From: an uncultured bacterium
Lineage (GTDB): Bacteria > Auribacterota > Erginobacteria > Erginobacterales > Erginobacteraceae
Length of the DNA: 64,000 nucleotides
Direction of reading: 5' to 3'
Assembly: GCA_963822585.1 (NCBI GenBank)
Contig: CAWGIE010000031.1
Coordinates: 128,001 to 192,000, forward strand
How positions within the stretch are numbered: the first letter of the stretch is position 1; every line of letters starts with the position of its first letter. Both the position numbers and the translations under genes were made by a program. Under the pieces are notes generated by a model that was not told the origin of the DNA, made no database searches, and saw only the letters and a program-made list of their open reading frames with translations. This document shows positions 58,497-64,000 of this stretch, piece after piece.

Positions 58497-59996
58497 ATGA
58501 AAAAAACTACCCGCAGTCTCCTTCTTGGATGCCTGGTGCCGGTTCTTGGTCTTCTCCTGATCCCCCAGCCGGTGATGGCCCAGGGTAAGTATTTTTATGT
58601 CTGGAATGAGTGGACTGACGTCGGCGAGCCTTCCCCTTACCCATTCGGGATCCGTGATGAGACGGGACATCTCCTTATAGGCACCAACCCCCTGTCCACG
58701 TCACCCCCCTGGAGCGGCCAGACCGGCGACGTGATCCAGATCATCTATCTGGGTGCCGACGGGATCATCTCCCCCCCGGACGCCAACGGCAATCCCACCG
58801 GGGACGACTCCCTGTTCACGACCACGGTTGTCGGATGGGGGATCCCCTGGTCCGTTCAAACCGACAACGGCCACTTCTCTTATACAATCTATTATTCGGA
58901 GCTTACCAACCCTGCTAATATCTATACCCGAGCCTTTAACGCCTCGGAACTCTCCGAGGCCACCTACTACGGCGACTCGACCTATTTCACCGTCGTCGTG
59001 GACAGTGAAGATGATTTCCCGGTCAATCAATACGGTCTCCTGACCACGGACCAGCCGCTGGCCCCCGGACCATCTCCGACCCCGTCACCAACCTCATCCC
59101 CATCACCGACCGCGTCCCTGACCCCGAGCCCGACCCCGACGGCGAAGATCCCCACCCCTCCACCGACAACCACCCCGACTCCGACGATCATGCCGACGGC
59201 AACACCGACACCGATTGCTAACACCCCCACTCCATCCCCCCGGCCGACCGCCTTCTACCAGGTGATGGGCGGCAACGACTTTAACGGGGACGGGACCGCC
59301 GATATCGCCATCTTCCGGAACAGTCTCTGGGCGGTCCGCGGCCTGACCCGGGTCTATTACGGCAACCCCTCGGGCGACTTCCCCGTCCCCGGCGATTATG
59401 ACGGCGACGGCACCGCCGACATTGCCGTCTTCCGGCCGGCGGCCGGTCTCTGGGTAATCCGGGGCGGCGACCGGGTCTATTTCGGCATTCCGGGCGACCG
59501 GGCCGTCCCCGACGACTACGACGGTGACGGCGCCACCGATATCGCCGTCTTCCGTCCCGCCGGCGGACTCTGGGCGGTCCGGGGTCTGGCTCGGATCTAT
59601 TACGGCGGCGCCGCCGACGCGCCGGTCCCGGCCGATTATGACGGCGACGGCGTGGTCGACCGGGCGATATTCCGGCCGGCGACCGGTCTCTGGGCGGTCC
59701 GGGCCGTGACCCGGATCTACTACGGCCGCGACGGGGACAGCGCCGTCGCGGGCGATTTCAACGGGGACGGGACTGCCGGGATCGGCCTTTTCCGCCAGGA
59801 CAGCGGACTCTGGGTCTTCCGGGGGGTCACCCGGGCGTATTTCGGGCGCAATCTCGATCAACCGGTCTCAGCCGATTATGGAGGGTCCGGCATGGCCGGG
59901 ATCGGGATCTTCCGTCCCTCTACCGGCCTCTGGGCCATCCGCGGCGTCAGCCGGGCTTATTTCGGAGCCGAGGGGGATATCCCTCTCTCGAGATAA
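58497..59996 (+). CDS. Secreted protein with Pro/Thr linker and C-terminal FG-GAP/VCBS-like repeats
   Basis: Signal peptide, PTP linker, about 6 repeats of DYDGDG.ADIA.FRP..GLWA.RG..R.Y.G. Confidence 0.85.
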   Translation: MKKTTRSLLLGCLVPVLGLLLIPQPVMAQGKYFYVWNEWTDVGEPSPYPFGIRDETGHLLIGTNPLSTSPPWSGQTGDVIQIIYLGADGIISPPDANGNPTGDDSLFTTTVVGWGIPWSVQTDNGHFSYTIYYSELTNPANIYTRAFNASELSEATYYGDSTYFTVVVDSEDDFPVNQYGLLTTDQPLAPGPSPTPSPTSSPSPTASLTPSPTPTAKIPTPPPTTTPTPTIMPTATPTPIANTPTPSPRPTAFYQVMGGNDFNGDGTADIAIFRNSLWAVRGLTRVYYGNPSGDFPVPGDYDGDGTADIAVFRPAAGLWVIRGGDRVYFGIPGDRAVPDDYDGDGATDIAVFRPAGGLWAVRGLARIYYGGAADAPVPADYDGDGVVDRAIFRPATGLWAVRAVTRIYYGRDGDSAVAGDFNGDGTAGIGLFRQDSGLWVFRGVTRAYFGRNLDQPVSADYGGSGMAGIGIFRPSTGLWAIRGVSRAYFGAEGDIPLSR

Positions 59997-60388
59997 TACC
60001 GGATGATCCGAGCTTATCCGCCGATGCGGTAAGGCCCCGGGTTTGTCGAGGCTTATCAGTGACCCATGAAATCACCGTGTCATCAACATCTATAATATAC
60101 TATTAAAATATTCTCATCTCCGGGAACGCAAACAGACAAATCCTGCCGGCGGTGGCGGGGTGTCTGTTTATAAAAACGGCGGGGAAAACCGGTATATAAT
60201 ATCTATTATAAATATATAATGTAGGACTTTTTAAAAAAAATCCAAAAATGACATAATTTCACTTGACATTTTGCGGCTTTATGAGATTCTTTATCGTACG
60301 GGGGTTATGTTTATTGGGGAGTAGTCTGTCTTCGGAAGTCCAAATATTATTCATAAATACTATTTCTTTGCTCAAATCAATAAATGTC

Positions 60389-60491
60389 GTAGTGCAGGGC
60401 TTTAGCCCTGCTTATCTCCTGTGCAGGACTTAAGTCCTGCACAACGAAGTTACGCCGAAGGCGTTAACTTGCTGTTTCGAATTTTTATTAA
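60389..60491 (+). repeat. GTAG-type REP doublet followed by the scaffold motif
   Basis: gtagtgcagggctttagccctgc..gcaggacttaagtcctgcacaac, then aagttacgccgaaggcgttaacttgctgtttcgaatttttattaa. Confidence 0.8.
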
Positions 60492-60502
60492 GGACTAATC
60501 CC

Positions 60503-63500
60503 ATGCCTTCGTCATTGCCGAGCCGCGCAAAGATCAGAACGGCCATGCCGTTTCTGGCTCTGTCCTTCTTGCTGGCGCTGCTTCTTCCCGGGAGTGTCCA
60601 AAGCGGGATTAACCAGGGCTTCGACAACTTCGATACCGGCTACCGCCCGCCCGGGTGGATTTTCAACGGCTGTAATAACAATACTGATGTTTACACCACC
60701 GCCGGAAATTTCGGGATCGCCTCCCCCTCCATTAAGCTCGACCTTACCGCCGACGCCATCTGGACCGAGACCTTCACCACTAAAGATCGGCTGAGTTTCT
60801 GGATCAAGGGACAAGGTGTAGACACTTCCAGCTCCCTTCTGGTGGAAGAGTATTCGAGCCCAACCTGGACGGCAGTAACCACCATCAATCCCCTCCCGAA
60901 TAATTACGCGAAGACTATAGGTCCCCTTGTTCTGAGTTCCGTGAGTACAAGGGCCCGCTTTACCTATACTAAATCGGCTGGAAATCTCGCCTTCGACGAC
61001 GTATCGATTCAGGATACCCCCACACCCACACCAACCCCTACACTGACACCGACGCTGACCCCGACACCATCGGTCACTCCTACGCCCACGCCGTCGGTCA
61101 CGCCCACGCCCACGCCGTCGATCACACCCACGCCGTCGATCACGCCTACTCCCACGGCAATGACGCCCACGCCTACGCCTTCGATCACGCCCACGCCTAC
61201 GCCTTCAGTCACGCCGTCGATCACACCCACACCGAGTGTCACGCCTACTCCGTCGGTCACACCCACGCCAAGTGTCACGCCCACGCCGACGCCGTGCAAG
61301 ACACCCAGCGTTACGCCGACACCCCGCTCGTGGGACGGTGAGGGCTGGTGCCGGCGGCGGGAGGTCACCATCGACAGCGGGAAGATCGACGGAGAGCTTT
61401 CGCGCCTTCCCGTCCTGGTCCGTCTCACCTCGGGGATAAACTGGTCGCTCTTCAGCACAGCCGGCTCAGACCTCCGCTTCACCGACGCCGACGGTCAGTG
61501 GGAACTCCCCTACGAGATCGAGAGCTGGGAGGCGGGGGTGGAGGCGGATATCTGGGTCAATTGCGCCTTCAGCATTTTGAGCGACAGCGACACATCCTTC
61601 TGGATGTACTACGAGAACCCGACGGCGCTTGACGGTCAGGCCCCGACCGACGTCTGGGACGGGGACTTCCGCCTGGTCCAGCACCTCGGGGAGGACTGCG
61701 CTTCTGCCGGGTGCGTCCTCGACTCAACGGGCAACGGCAACGACGGTACCCCCTACCATGACCCGGACGTGACGAGTGTCTATACGTCTTCGGGTAGGAT
61801 AAACGGCGCCGGAGCGTTTGACGGTTCGGCCGATTTCGTCCAGGTCTCGGACAGCCCCAGCCTTGATCTTACTACCGGCCTGACCATGGAGGTGTGGCTG
61901 AAGCTGGCCATACATCCGACGAACTACATGTCGGTCGTTCAGAAAGTGAATACCGATGCCGACGCGAGCTATATGCTGTACATCTCGGCGGCGGATAAGT
62001 TCCGGCCGCACATCCGGACCTCGGGAAATGACTGGCGTTACGGGGATGTGGACTTTGCCGTCACGACCGGCGTCTGGCACCATTTCGCCTACACCTACGA
62101 GTCGACGGCGGGTGAGATGAAGGCGTACGTGAACGGGGCCGAACGCTCGATCGCCTTCGGGATCCATGAGCCCCAGCCGGGGGAGGAGATCCGGGTGGGG
62201 ACGGCGCCGATCCTGCTCGGCAAGGACACCAGGGCGAGTCTCTGGTTCAACGGCACCCTGGACGAGGTCCGGCTCTCGGCGATTCCCCGTTCGGCGGCGT
62301 GGTTGAAGGCCTCCTTCCACGCGGAGACGGGCGACCTGCTGAGCTTCGGTCCGGAGGAGAAACTCTGCACCACTCCTACTCCGACACCGTCGGTCACGCC
62401 CACGCCGTCGGTCACGCCCACGCCCACGCCGACGCCGACACCATCCGTCACGCCAACGCCGTCCGCGACGCCGACGCCCTGGTTCTGCACCCGGCTGGAC
62501 GAAGGTTTCGATGAGTTCGACAGCGGGACCCGACCGGATCCCCTCTGGATCTTCACCAACTGCAACGCGAACTCGGACACCTACACGACGGCGGGGGACT
62601 TCGGGCGCGGTTCTCCGTCGGTCAAATTAGATGGAAGCACGGACGTGATCGAGACTGCGGCGTTCGGGACCCCGGAATGGCTGCAGTTCTGGGTGAAGGG
62701 ACAGGGGGAGATGGGGACAAGCAGCCTCCTGGTACAGGAGAACTACGGGGTGTGGAACACGGTGACGACGGTAACCGGGCTGCTGACAACGGGCACAATA
62801 CTGGGGCCGCTGGCCCTCGATTCCCACACCACGGCCCTGCGCTTCAGCTATACTCAAGACACGGGGACATGGCCTTCAACGACGTGATGGTGAAGTGCCT
62901 CTTCTCACCAACACCAACACCACCACCAAGCGCAACACCGACGCCGACACCGACGCCAAGTGTGACCCCGACGCCAAGCATGACCGCGACGCCGACACCG
63001 ACGCCAGTGTGACCCCGACGCCGACTCCATCGTCGCGCCCACGCCTTCCATAACCCCGACTCCGGCCAGTTGGATTTACTGGGAGCCCTTTCCTTATGTT
63101 GACGGACCACCCAGGGATCCAGGAGCCCTCCTAAATGGACAAGAGACATCCCCGCTGCTGGAACATTCGCGGTATATGATAACTATATGCGGGCTAATAA
63201 TATAGACAGTGAAGTCAAATGGACCACGTTCACAATCGACATTTCCGGTTTCTATAATATCTGCCTGAACACGAAAATCGCCGAGACCGGCAGCATGGAA
63301 AGCACGGATTATATTAAAGGTTATTACACATTGGATGGCGGTTCGGAAATTCCCTGGTTCACTCACACCGGTGATCTGTCCCTGAATAATACCTGGTATG
63401 ACACGGAAGGCAGTTGCGAAAACCTGCCCGGGGGAAGCACGTTGATATTCACCATAAAAGTAGTAAACAACACCGCCGACGAATATTGGCGATTTCACGG

Positions 63501-64000
63501 CGTTTTCGTTGAAGGGCAGCCAAACACCTACGTTCCGTCCATCTCCATCACGGAAAGTATCCCTGCCTGGGAACAGAACAGCTGGGACATTTCCTATACC
63601 CTTGCCGACGACGATGGACAAAACTGCACTATTTACCCGGAGTACCGGGTGGGCGCCGGGGGCCTGGACAGCCACCAATATGTACGCCCCCTTCCGGCAG
63701 TTGCGATCGGCGCACCCGGCGGGCTAAAACCATAACCTCGCATAGGGAAAACGACTTAAATAATGATGAACAGGGAACATTCTATTTCCGGATACGGTGT
63801 CACGACGGCTGTGAATACGGCGATTACGGGTATCTGGGCGGAGGCGCCAACCCGGCTCCTCCTTCGGATCGACAACAAGGGTCCCACACCCCCGACGTCC
63901 CCACCTTCAGCGAGGTTACCACCGACGGGATGACCATCACCACCGGGGGGGGCTCCAATGCCGGGATCGCGATACACGGCGTCTATCTCCGTATTATTTT
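60503..64000 (+). CDS. Very large secreted protein (DUF2341 and LamG-like domains, Pro/Thr linkers, duplicated ~140-aa domain); several frameshifts after 62860; probably runs off the right edge
   Basis: [32 protein letters not shown]; two GFD.FD.G.RP domains; reading frame can be followed across single-base deletions into 63187-63735. Confidence 0.75.

Noticed and set aside
61015..61325. DNA-level repeat element in the ACGCC-rich tracts
   Set aside because: Explained by Pro/Thr linker coding with synonymous variation.
1..64000. tRNA, rRNA or known riboswitch
   Set aside because: None recognised by eye; an Infernal/Rfam scan would be needed to exclude them.

Overview
GC-rich bacterial cell-envelope glycosylation island, probably from an uncultured PVC-related lineage (weak inference from the C-terminal GDYDGDG/FG-GAP surface-protein repeats). 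The left 32 kb, mostly on the minus strand, encodes nucleotide-sugar biosynthesis: 3 DegT aminotransferases, SDR epimerases, a split transketolase, HddA, an HddC-GmhB fusion, 5 radical SAM enzymes, a GT2 and a methyltransferase. The right 32 kb, on the plus strand, encodes a further SDR, a reversed HldE-like enzyme, discoidin proteins, a TMTC-like TPR protein and large secreted adhesin/Pro-Thr-linker proteins. About nine GT-C-like polytopic membrane proteins are spread across both halves. There are two IS elements: one cleanly splits an AAA+/DUF4143 gene, the other sits inside a heptamer tract. The most unusual signal is non-coding. (1) Inverted arrays of GT(A/G)ATC(A/G) heptamers bracket both four-helix-bundle (Avd/IVP-like) genes and also occur as gene-less hairpins, one of them in-frame inside a CDS; this resembles an autonomous/non-autonomous element pair. 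(2) A parallel octamer family has the same design. (3) A conserved intergenic scaffold carries variable REP-like hairpins. (4) A PaaX/Cas2-fold gene is bracketed by two 34-bp palindromes. Several single-base homopolymer frameshifts may be sequencing errors. No rRNA, tRNA or CRISPR array was seen. All family calls are by motif recognition, not database search.
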